Assembly (NCBI GenBank): GCA_016794835.1
Contig: JAEUJL010000525.1
Location: 1 to 35,750 of the forward strand
Direction: 5' to 3'
Origin: Gemmatimonadota bacterium
GTDB taxonomy: Bacteria; Gemmatimonadota; Gemmatimonadetes; Gemmatimonadales; Gemmatimonadaceae
Length of the DNA: 35,750 nucleotides
Made by a program: the position numbers and the translations under genes. Positions 1-7,506 of the stretch are shown piece after piece (the stretch's first letter is position 1; the number at the start of each line of letters is the position of its first letter). Under the pieces are notes generated by a model. That model did no database searches. It was not told the origin of the DNA and was given only the letters and a program-made list of their open reading frames with translations.

Positions 1-1
1 C

Positions 2-919
2 GCGGCCGCCTCCACGCAGCTGGTGCTGCGCCTGGCGCTTCCCACCCCGACCACCAACATCAACCTGGCGCGCAGCGCCCTCTGGCGCGGGTACTCGTTC
101 GTGTTGATGGCCGAGACGTTCTGCAGCGGCACCGTGGACGCCGGACCGGAGCTCACCACCACGGCGATGGTTGATTCGGCCGTGGCCAGCTTCACCAGGG
201 CGATCACCATCGGGGCGGCCAACGGCACGGCCGACGCCGTGGCCCTCGCCAATGCGGCGCGGGTTGGCCGGGCGCGCGCCCACCTGCAGGGCGGACGCAA
301 GGCGGAAGCGCTCGCCGATGCGAACGCCGTGCCGGCAGGGTTCACCTTCACCCTCGCCTACATCGACGACCTCGCCAACCGTAACCGGCTCGGGAACCGG
401 CTGTGGCAGTTCACGCTGGACCGCGGCTCGATCAGCGTGTCACCAGCCTTTCGTCTCGCGGACCCCCGGGTGCGATTCAAGACACCCACGCAGCACGCGC
501 TGACACCACAGGATCCCTCGTCCGGGGCGTTTTTCATCCAGGACAAATACCCGGCCTTCAACACCCCGATCCGGGTCGCGTCGAAGCTTGAAGCGGACTA
601 CATCGCAGCAGAAGCGGGCACGACGGCGGCTCAGCTGGCGCTGATCAATGCCCGGCGCGCGGCCAACGGTCAGGCCGCCTACAGCGGGGGTACCGGCGCG
701 AACGAGGTGTTGACGGAGCTGATGTGGCAGCGGTCGCTGGAGTTCTGGCTCGAAGGCAAGCGCCAGGGCGACTCCCGTCGCAATCCGTCGAACATGACCG
801 CACTGCCGGTGCCGGGATCGGCCTACTTCAAGGCCGGATTTGCGCCGGTTGGAAGCGGAACCTGTTATCCGCTGCCGCTCCAGGAGCGGGACAACAATCC
901 GAACCTGCGCGGCGGGTAA
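2..919 (+). CDS. SusD/RagB-family outer-membrane nutrient-binding protein, C-terminal part (5' end lies outside the window)
   Basis: The frame is open from the window edge to TAA at 917-919. The C-terminal region resembles SusD/RagB proteins (LEFWLEGKRQGDSRRNP, then a CYPLPLQERDNNPNL tail). This is a family call from remembered family features, not from a search. Confidence 0.65.
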   Translation, partial: AAASTQLVLRLALPTPTTNINLARSALWRGYSFVLMAETFCSGTVDAGPELTTTAMVDSAVASFTRAITIGAANGTADAVALANAARVGRARAHLQGGRKAEALADANAVPAGFTFTLAYIDDLANRNRLGNRLWQFTLDRGSISVSPAFRLADPRVRFKTPTQHALTPQDPSSGAFFIQDKYPAFNTPIRVASKLEADYIAAEAGTTAAQLALINARRAANGQAAYSGGTGANEVLTELMWQRSLEFWLEGKRQGDSRRNPSNMTALPVPGSAYFKAGFAPVGSGTCYPLPLQERDNNPNLRGG

Positions 920-940
920 GGTCTTTCGATCGCATGAGTC

Positions 941-980
941 GCGGCGGCCCCGGCGTCCCCGGGGCCGCCGCTTCTTTCGC
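941..980 (+). terminator. Rho-independent terminator after the SusD-like gene
   Basis: Perfect 13-bp GC stem GCGGCGGCCCCGG (941-953) pairs with CCGGGGCCGCCGC (959-971). The loop is 5 nt and is followed by TTCTTTC. The hairpin starts 22 nt after the stop codon. Confidence 0.6.
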
Positions 981-1065
981 TCCCTGGACGTTGTTCCATG
1001 CGCGCCGCCGTGGGCGCATCCGGAAGCAAACAAGGGTTGAGCGACCCTCCCGCAGGAGGTGGTGA

Positions 1066-1095
1066 TTGACATCGACGATCGAGCCAGCGTAATTT
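1066..1095 (+). promoter_or_regulatory. Candidate sigma70-like promoter for the DUF1111-Rieske-OMP operon
   Basis: TTGACA (1066-1071), an 18-nt spacer, then TAATTT (1090-1095). It sits in a locally AT-richer patch about 35-55 nt upstream of the candidate starts at 1129 and 1147. Confidence 0.3.
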
Positions 1096-1128
1096 CGGAT
1101 GTCCTAACTTCTGATTTATACAGCCCTC

Positions 1129-2328
1129 GTGAAATTCTCCGGATCGATGCGAGCCGTTTGGGTCGCCGCGCTTCTGGTGGCAGTGACTGCCTGCGGTGCT
1201 CTGTTCACGGAAGCGACGCCGGACGCCGACCTCTTCGACGCCCCACTCGATGGACTCTCGGCGACTGAGCTGGGAGCCTTTGCGCGAGGAGACGCGGAGT
1301 TCGCCCGCCCCTTCTCGGTCCGCGAGGGACTCGGGCCCATCTTCAACGATCTCTCCTGTGCCGCGTGCCATAGCGGTGACGGACGCGGCCGACCGGACAA
1401 CGTGCTCACCCGGATCGGCTCGCCGGCAGACGGCTTTCTCGCGCCACTCGGTGGTCCACAGATCCAGTCGCGCGCGATTCCGGGCGCCTCGCCAGAAGTG
1501 GTCCCGATGGGCGTCGCGCTCTCCCTGCGACTGCCGCCGCCTGTCTTTGGAGTCGGGCTGATCGAGGCGGTGCCCGAGGCGGCGCTTCTCGCCCTTGCCG
1601 ATTCTGCGGACACCAACCGCGACGGCATCTCCGGACGCCCCAACTGGGTCGTGCCGGCCGACTACGTCCCCGGGGTCGCCAGCGCGCGCCGCATTGGGCG
1701 CTTTGGGCGAAAGGGCCAGACGGCGACCCTCCTCGAGCAAACGGTGGAGGCCTACCATCAGGACATGGGGATCACGACCGAACAGCGCCCCAACGACAAC
1801 TTGCATCCCGACGATCCGGCGTCTGCCGCTGACGGTGCCAGCGATCCAGAAATCCCCGCAGCAACGGTCGCCGCGGTCGTCGCCTATCTCCGGATGCTGG
1901 CCCCGCCCGACCCGAGCGCGGAGACACCGGACGTGGTTCGCGGCCGGACGCTGTTTTCGCAGGCCGGGTGCAGTGCGTGTCACGTCCCCACCCTCACATC
2001 CGGGGACGCGCCGATCGCCGCACTCCGCGGTCGAGCCGTCACGCTGTATTCCGACCTGCTCCTCCACGACATGGGCCCCCGCCTGGCCGATCTTCGCCCG
2101 GACGGCAGCGCCACCGGGACCGAGTGGAAGACCCCGCCACTTTGGGGACTCCGCCTCATGTCGCGATTCCTCAATGGGCAGGCCTTTCTCCTCCACGACG
2201 GGCGGGCGCGGAGCATCGCCGAAGCCATCGAGTGGCACGGGGGAGAGGCTGACCGCGCGCGCGCGCACTGGCTGGGACTCTCGCCCGCCGACCAGCGCGC
2301 GCTGCTCGCCTTCGTTGGCTCCCGGTGA
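1129..2328 (+). CDS. Dihaem oxidoreductase / putative peroxidase (DUF1111, DHOR family), probable lipoprotein
   Basis: Two CxxCH haem-c motifs: CAACH at 1357-1371 and CSACH at 1969-1983. Family-typical blocks are present (GLGPIFNDLSCAACH, KTPPLWGL, LHDGRARSIAEAIEWHGGEA). The N-terminus MRAVWVAALLVAVTAC looks like a lipoprotein signal. The start is GTG at 1129 or, perhaps more likely, ATG at 1147. Confidence 0.9.
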   Translation: MKFSGSMRAVWVAALLVAVTACGALFTEATPDADLFDAPLDGLSATELGAFARGDAEFARPFSVREGLGPIFNDLSCAACHSGDGRGRPDNVLTRIGSPADGFLAPLGGPQIQSRAIPGASPEVVPMGVALSLRLPPPVFGVGLIEAVPEAALLALADSADTNRDGISGRPNWVVPADYVPGVASARRIGRFGRKGQTATLLEQTVEAYHQDMGITTEQRPNDNLHPDDPASAADGASDPEIPAATVAAVVAYLRMLAPPDPSAETPDVVRGRTLFSQAGCSACHVPTLTSGDAPIAALRGRAVTLYSDLLLHDMGPRLADLRPDGSATGTEWKTPPLWGLRLMSRFLNGQAFLLHDGRARSIAEAIEWHGGEADRARAHWLGLSPADQRALLAFVGSR

Positions 2329-2332
2329 CCGC

Positions 2333-2803
2333 ATGACTGCACCCGCACCTTGCTCCCGTCGCACCTTTCTCGAACGCTGCGTTCTGGCCAGCGCGACCGG
2401 GCGCGTGCTGCCCGTGCTTGGAGCTTCGGCGCTCGGTGGCTGCGCCTCCGTCGCCACCAGGGTCTTGCCGATGACCAACGGCCAGGTCCATGTCCGTTTG
2501 CGGGAGCACCCGGAACTGCATGAGGAGCATGGCGTCCTCCGGGTCACCCCTGAAGGGTCGACGGATTCCTTCTTCGTCGTCCGTACGAGCGCGGACGTGC
2601 CCATCGCGCTCTCGTCTGTCTGCACGCACCTTGGCTGCGCTGTCGAGCTGGTGACCGGACAGCTCGTCTGCCCGTGTCACGGATCGACCTACGCCCTGGA
2701 TGGAACGGTGCGGCGGGGCCCAGCCGTCAAACCGCTGCCACGATACACCGCGCGGCTTGAACCTGACGACGTGCTGGTAATTGATCTGGGGAAGTCGGCA
2801 TGA
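2333..2803 (+). CDS. TAT-exported Rieske [2Fe-2S] protein
   Basis: Rieske box I CTHLGC at 2621-2638 and box II CPCHGS at 2669-2686. A twin-arginine motif SRRTFL lies near the N-terminus. ATG 2333 is 4 nt after the DUF1111 stop. The longer tracked ORF (1595..) overlaps DUF1111 in another frame and is rejected. Confidence 0.85.
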   Translation: MTAPAPCSRRTFLERCVLASATGRVLPVLGASALGGCASVATRVLPMTNGQVHVRLREHPELHEEHGVLRVTPEGSTDSFFVVRTSADVPIALSSVCTHLGCAVELVTGQLVCPCHGSTYALDGTVRRGPAVKPLPRYTARLEPDDVLVIDLGKSA

Positions 2804-4005
2804 GGGGTCACCGGATGGCCGGTCGCTACCTGCAGGCCACGAGCATCCTCCTGGGGTGGTGTGTTCTGGGAGCTCCGGTCCACGCCCAGGTCACCGATAC
2901 CACGCGAGCCGACACCGTGGCCCGCCCGTTTGTTCGCGGAGGGGTCTACGACAAGCCGTTCCTCACGCGCCTCGGCGGCCGGAGTGTTCTCGGCGGTTAC
3001 GCCGAAGCCCAGGCGCGATACGAACGCGTCGACGGCATTCGCGAACAACTGGGGTTCGAAGCGCGTCGCTTCAATCTCTTCGCCAACGCTCGCGTCAGCG
3101 ACTTCGTGCGCCTCGGCGCCGAGCTGGAGGTGGAGGACGGCGGCCGCGAGATCTCGCTTGAGTTCGCGGCGATCGACGTCCGCGTCCACGCGGCATTCAC
3201 CTTACGAGCCGGGATGCTCCTCTCGCCCATCGGGCGCTTCAACCTGGCGCACGATAGCCCACTGAATGAGTTCACCGATCGCCCGCTCGTCTCGACGCAG
3301 TTGCTCGGCGTCGCCCTCTCCGAGCCCGGCGTTGGCGCGTTTGGCCAGTTCCGCACATCTGGCGCTGGTCGCATCACGTATGAGGCGTACGCCACCAATG
3401 GCTTTCACGACGGCCTGATCCTCGACTCTCCCGACGGCACCCGTGTGGCGCGCGGGACCGACAACTGCGAGGACAATAACGCCACACCGTCGTTTGTCGG
3501 GCGGCTGGCATGGAGTGCAGGGCCAGCCTGGGAGCTGGGGATCTCCGCACACGTGGGACCGTACAACACCTACCGCGTCGATGGCGCGCCGATCGATCGA
3601 GCGCGACAGGTCAACATCTGGGCGCTCGACGCCGAAGGCACGTTCGCCGGGATCACTGCGTCTGGCGAGGCAGCGGTGGTTGACGTCGACGTGCCTGAGT
3701 CGATGCGCGGCGTGTTCGCCACACGCCAGGCGGGCGCGTTCATTGACCTGGTGCGCCCGTTCGGGCGCGGTTGGGTGCGCACCATGCCTGCATCCGCCTT
3801 CGCCCTCAAGGCGCGCTGGGATCTGGTGGATTTCGACCGCGCGCTCACGGGGGACTCGCGCCAACAATTCAGTGCAGGCGTGAACTTCCGTCCGACCCAG
3901 GATACCGCGCTCAAGCTCGACTTTGTCCGCGGCCGTGCACGTGATCGGTTCAACAATGCGTCGGACCACGCATTCGCCCTCTTCTCGATCGCCACGTACT
4001 TCTAG
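2800..4005 (+). CDS. Outer-membrane beta-barrel / porin-like protein (family unassigned)
   Basis: ATGA overlap with the Rieske stop (2800-2803). The signal peptide ends in VHAQ. The sequence alternates amphipathic strands throughout. The C-terminus FALFSIATYF ends in an aromatic residue, as in OMP beta-signals. Confidence 0.6.
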   Translation: MRGHRMAGRYLQATSILLGWCVLGAPVHAQVTDTTRADTVARPFVRGGVYDKPFLTRLGGRSVLGGYAEAQARYERVDGIREQLGFEARRFNLFANARVSDFVRLGAELEVEDGGREISLEFAAIDVRVHAAFTLRAGMLLSPIGRFNLAHDSPLNEFTDRPLVSTQLLGVALSEPGVGAFGQFRTSGAGRITYEAYATNGFHDGLILDSPDGTRVARGTDNCEDNNATPSFVGRLAWSAGPAWELGISAHVGPYNTYRVDGAPIDRARQVNIWALDAEGTFAGITASGEAAVVDVDVPESMRGVFATRQAGAFIDLVRPFGRGWVRTMPASAFALKARWDLVDFDRALTGDSRQQFSAGVNFRPTQDTALKLDFVRGRARDRFNNASDHAFALFSIATYF

Positions 4006-4127
4006 ACAGGTGTACCACACCTCCTGATGCAGAATGATCAGCGGGCCGACATCGCCATCGCTTCCCGAGGCGTCGATAAACAAGCGCCCGGACCTTCGAC
4101 TGCATGTCGCGTTGGGATCCGTTCGCA

Positions 4128-4171
4128 GAGCACCGGCAAACGACGATCCCGTTCTGTCGCACCCGGTGCTC
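4128..4171. terminator. Possible bidirectional stem-loop between convergent genes
   Basis: GAGCACCGG (4128-4136) pairs with CCGGTGCTC (4163-4171). The arms are 9 bp with a 26-nt loop. There is no clear U-tract, so the call is weak. Confidence 0.2.
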
Positions 4172-4184
4172 CGCAAGGCCGAAC

Positions 4185-4718
4185 TCACGATGTCACGAAC
4201 AGGAACATCATGCCGTGACTTCCGCGAATCGGGATCCATTCCCTTCCCATCATTCCCGAGCCCATTCCGGCGCGCGACATTGCGCTCGAGGTCATCATAC
4301 TCCCCGTCACAGAGCGTCCCCCAAGCCCGACGCACGCACCATGATTCAGGCGCTCACCCGATGCGGTGCGAAGGTCCGGCGCCAGGTGCAGCACATATTG
4401 TGACCGCGCCGCGAGCCTGGCCGCAGGTGTGAACGTCAGCGTCGTCCGGTCGGTCGACCACGCGTAGCTCCCCGCGACAGCAGGGCCGTCGATCGTCCGC
4501 TCGTGAAGCACGACGAGCATCTCCATACCACTCATCATGGAGCGATTGAACCGGACAACGACCGGCCGACTCGGATCGACTCCCTGAGTGCCACCCGCGG
4601 GGACGACGCTCAGTACCCCCGATGCATCGTCCATCCCCACGACGTCCATTGGTGCAGCACAACCGGCGGCCACAAGGGCGCCGAGCGCTACGATAGCTCT
4701 TGCAGAACGTGTACGCAT
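4185..4718 (-). CDS. Lipoprotein with an SbsA/Big_5-like Ig domain and a methionine-rich C-terminal tail (putative periplasmic Cu(I)-binding protein)
   Basis: ATG 4718 is preceded by GGAGAGG with a 6-nt spacer. Lipobox LVAAGC. An Ig-like block is present (VVPAGGTQGVDPSRPVVVRFNRSM ... TLTFTPAARLAARSQYVLHL). The last 39 aa contain 8 Met (GSMMTSSAMSRAGMGSGMMG...SHGMMF). Confidence 0.6.
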   Translation of the reverse strand: MRTRSARAIVALGALVAAGCAAPMDVVGMDDASGVLSVVPAGGTQGVDPSRPVVVRFNRSMMSGMEMLVVLHERTIDGPAVAGSYAWSTDRTTLTFTPAARLAARSQYVLHLAPDLRTASGERLNHGACVGLGGRSVTGSMMTSSAMSRAGMGSGMMGREWIPIRGSHGMMFLFVTS

Positions 4719-4873
4719 TTGTGACCTCTCCGCTTGGGAACTGTGCGCCGAGTTGTGTGCTCGGACTACGGTATGTTCGGGCATCGGCGCATCAGGATCA
4801 GTCAGGGTTCTCCTCAGGAGCCGTAGTGTGTATTATGTAGGCTAAAACGCTGCGCCCGGAGGAGGAGCTCCGT

Positions 4874-5614
4874 GTGACGCTGCCCCCTCGTCCTCGCAGA
4901 CCAGGGAGCGTTTGCGACGCTGGCCAGCGGCTGAGTCCGCCTTCGTTCACCATGCCTCCGTTGACACACAACGAGTTTGTTCCCGCCCTCGGTTTTCGCT
5001 TCCTGACGCGCCTCTACGATCCGCTGATGCGCTGGACAATGCGCGAGCAGACGTTCAAGGAAGCGCTGCTCAAGCAGGCCGCCATCGCGGCCGGGCAGCG
5101 CGTGCTGGACCTGGGCTGCGGAACGGGGACGTTGACGCTGCTCGTCAAACAGCGCGCACCAGGAACCGAGGTGTATGGGGTCGACATTGATCCCACAGCG
5201 CTGGAGATCGCGCGCAGGAAGTTTGAGCGCATGGGAGTCGAACTCCAACTCGACCAGGCGCGGACGAGCCTCCTGCCCTACGCCGATGCGACATTCGACA
5301 GAGTCATCTCGAGTCTCGTCTTCCATCACCTCAGGCCCGAGGAGAAGAGGCAGACGGCGTGTGAGATCCTTCGCGTGCTGCGCCCAGGCGGAGAACTGCA
5401 CGTGGCGGACTGGGGCAGACCGCAGAACGTGCTCTTGCGGGCCGCCTTTCTAACGGTGCAAGCACTCGACGGTTTCGCCACGACGGACGAGAACGTGCGC
5501 GGAGCGCTGCCCAACGCCTTCACCGCGGCGGGCTTTGCCGACGTTTCGGCCACGCAACAGTTTGCTACTGCCTTCGGGACGGTCGAGTTGCTACGGGCGC
5601 GGCGCGCGGAGTGA
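4874..5614 (+). CDS. Class I SAM-dependent methyltransferase
   Basis: Motif I VLDLGCGTG, with downstream motifs (VYGVDID, FDRVISSLVFHHL, LRPGGEL). GTG 4874 is 7 nt after GGAGGAG. Confidence 0.85.
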   Translation: MTLPPRPRRPGSVCDAGQRLSPPSFTMPPLTHNEFVPALGFRFLTRLYDPLMRWTMREQTFKEALLKQAAIAAGQRVLDLGCGTGTLTLLVKQRAPGTEVYGVDIDPTALEIARRKFERMGVELQLDQARTSLLPYADATFDRVISSLVFHHLRPEEKRQTACEILRVLRPGGELHVADWGRPQNVLLRAAFLTVQALDGFATTDENVRGALPNAFTAAGFADVSATQQFATAFGTVELLRARRAE

Positions 5615-5728
5615 GTGGCGCGCGGCGGGAGACGGTACCAGGTCAACAAAGGCGAGCGTCGTTCGGTCGACCGACCACACATGGCTGCCTCGCTGTCAGG
5701 TGATCCCCCACGCGTAGTTGGCGTTTGC

Positions 5729-5758
5729 TTGACTTGTATTTGATTGCGCGTCAAATAC
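5729..5758 (+). promoter_or_regulatory. Candidate promoter with an embedded dyad operator upstream of the cus-type operon
   Basis: TTGACT (5729-5734), a 16-nt spacer, then TCAAAT (5751-5756). A perfect 8-bp inverted repeat overlaps it: GTATTTGA (5736-5743), 7 nt, TCAAATAC (5751-5758). The core TTTGA-N7-TCAAA is identical in sequence and spacing to the dyad at 27376-27394. Confidence 0.4.
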
Positions 5759-5824
5759 CGTCCCCACGTCCACCCGTGCCCCAACTCCGGCTCCCTTGCC
5801 GGCCACCCGTTCTGATGTCGACCA

Positions 5825-6106
5825 ATGCGCCTCGCGGGCTCCTTCAACAGGCACGTCGCCTGCGCACTGCTGGCGTCCGCACCGATCCAAGCGGTGCCCT
5901 CGAGTGCCCGGCATGCGGCGAAGTCACCTTGGGCCGGACGCTCCGCGGAGGCAGCCCAGCCTGGGGCACCAATTCAACCGTCGGATCTGGCCGTGATGCG
6001 CGCGGACACCCGCACCGGTGAGGTCGGTGAGCCCATCGACGGCGACGTGGACGAACTACAACCCATGGCTGGTGCATCAGGCGCGTCGGCCCAACAGGGA
6101 GCCTAA
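5825..6106 (+). CDS. Hypothetical small protein (93 aa) filling the leader of the cus-type operon
   Basis: The ORF ends 9 nt before the OMF start. Third-position GC looks coding-like by eye. The N-terminus is weakly signal-like (MRLAGSFNRHVACALLASAPIQA). No recognisable family and no clear SD. Confidence 0.3.
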   Translation: MRLAGSFNRHVACALLASAPIQAVPSSARHAAKSPWAGRSAEAAQPGAPIQPSDLAVMRADTRTGEVGEPIDGDVDELQPMAGASGASAQQGA

Positions 6107-6114
6107 GCAGGAAC

Positions 6115-7506
6115 ATGCTGATCCTCGGATCGAAAGCACCAACCGGATGGCGCACCATCGTGCGCGGCGTTCTCGGGGTACAGGCTGCGTTAGGCGCGGT
6201 TATCGCGGACCATCCGCCGCTCCTGGCGCAGGATCGTGGGAACCCCACGGTCACCGCTGCGGCCGGGCAGGCGCCCGCGCTACTTCTCGGCGATCTTTAT
6301 CGAGACGTGCGGCGCGAGAACCCGCGCGCTGAAGCGGCGCGCGCGCTCACGAGGGCCGCGGAGGCGCGGGTCCCCGGCTCGAAGCGGCCACCGGATCCCC
6401 AAGTGCAGTTCGGCTTCATGAACTACACCGTGCCGGGACTCAAACCCATGGATCCACTCGGCATGGCCCAGCTGCAGGTCATGCAGATGGTCCCGGTCGC
6501 GGGCAAGCTGTCGCTGGCGGGGAAGATCACGTCGTCGCAGGCCCTGGCCCAGCGCGAGCGCGCCAACGAGGTCGAGTGGGAATCGCGGACCCAGGCGGCT
6601 ATGGCGTTCTACGATCTCTATCAGACCGACCAGGCACTCTTGGTGGCACGCGAGACCCTGCGGTTGCTGCAGGACCTCCAGCGGACGGCCGAGGCGATGT
6701 ACCGGGTGGGAGAAGGCCGCCAGGCGGATGTCCTGCGCGCCCAAGTGGAAGTCGCTCGCATGACCGAGGACACCATCCGCATGCAAACGATGCGCCTGGG
6801 GATGCGAGCGCGGATTAACGCCCTGCTGAACCGAGCGGGCGATGCATCGATCGCGCCACCGGAAGTGCCCGCGTTCCCGGACTCCGTCCTTACACTCGGC
6901 GAGCTCGCGGCAGCGGCGGAGCGCGGGCGGCCGATGGTGAGAGCCGGTGAGCGCGACCTGGAGGCCGCCGACGCCGGGTCCACACTCGCCCGGCGCGAGC
7001 TCTGGCCGGACCTCACGTTAGGCATCCAGTATGGCCAGCGGTCCGGCCTGATGAACACCGAACGCATGGGAAGCCTGATGGTGGGCGCGAGCGTCCCGGT
7101 GTTTGCGCGCAGCCGGCAGCTCCGGATGCGGGAGGAGGCGAGCGCGATGCAGGCCATGGCCCGCGCCGATCTCGTCGCGATGCGTTCGGAGACCAGAGGC
7201 AGGGTGACCGAAGCGTTCGCGAACCTGGTGAGGGCGCGCAACCTCATCGCGCTCTATCGGCACACCGTGATGCCGCAAGCCGAGGCCACGGTGACCTCGT
7301 CGCTCGCGGCGTATCGGGTAGGGAGCGTCAACTTCATGACTGCTCTCGACAGCCGCATGACCGTGAACCGCTACCGCCAGGAACTCTTCACACTCGTGGC
7401 GGACGAAGGCAAGTCATGGGCCGAGCTTGAGATGCTGCTCGGCCGCGAGCTCTTCAACCCACCCGTCAGCGCCGGCGTCACGGAAGGAAAAGGAGGTACG
7501 AGATGA
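6115..7506 (+). CDS. cusC: TolC-family outer membrane factor of the Cus-type efflux system
   Basis: 463 aa with the two-repeat coiled-coil/barrel character of OMFs. It lies directly upstream of, and is translationally coupled to, the MFP and CusA genes. Confidence 0.8.
   Translation: MLILGSKAPTGWRTIVRGVLGVQAALGAVIADHPPLLAQDRGNPTVTAAAGQAPALLLGDLYRDVRRENPRAEAARALTRAAEARVPGSKRPPDPQVQFGFMNYTVPGLKPMDPLGMAQLQVMQMVPVAGKLSLAGKITSSQALAQRERANEVEWESRTQAAMAFYDLYQTDQALLVARETLRLLQDLQRTAEAMYRVGEGRQADVLRAQVEVARMTEDTIRMQTMRLGMRARINALLNRAGDASIAPPEVPAFPDSVLTLGELAAAAERGRPMVRAGERDLEAADAGSTLARRELWPDLTLGIQYGQRSGLMNTERMGSLMVGASVPVFARSRQLRMREEASAMQAMARADLVAMRSETRGRVTEAFANLVRARNLIALYRHTVMPQAEATVTSSLAAYRVGSVNFMTALDSRMTVNRYRQELFTLVADEGKSWAELEMLLGRELFNPPVSAGVTEGKGGTR

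Noticed and set aside
1595-2332. N-terminal extension of the tracked 402-aa ORF that contains the Rieske domain
   Set aside because: The extension overlaps the DUF1111 gene in another frame and translates to Arg/Pro/Ser-rich low-complexity sequence. A TAT signal begins right after ATG 2333, which lies 4 nt past the DUF1111 stop.
865-2625. 586-aa ORF on the minus strand spanning the SusD terminator and the DUF1111 gene
   Set aside because: It is antisense to a gene with two CxxCH motifs and clear family blocks. Its translation is Arg/Gly/Pro/Ser-rich and low-complexity, which is typical of spurious long ORFs in GC-rich DNA. It also crosses a strong terminator hairpin.
4719-4784. Upstream ATG 4784 as the start of the Met-rich lipoprotein (tracked ORF start)
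   Set aside because: ATG 4718 has a GGAGAGG RBS at proper spacing and immediately yields a lipoprotein signal peptide (MRTRSARAIVALGALVAAGC). The 22 extra residues are hydrophilic and would bury the signal.
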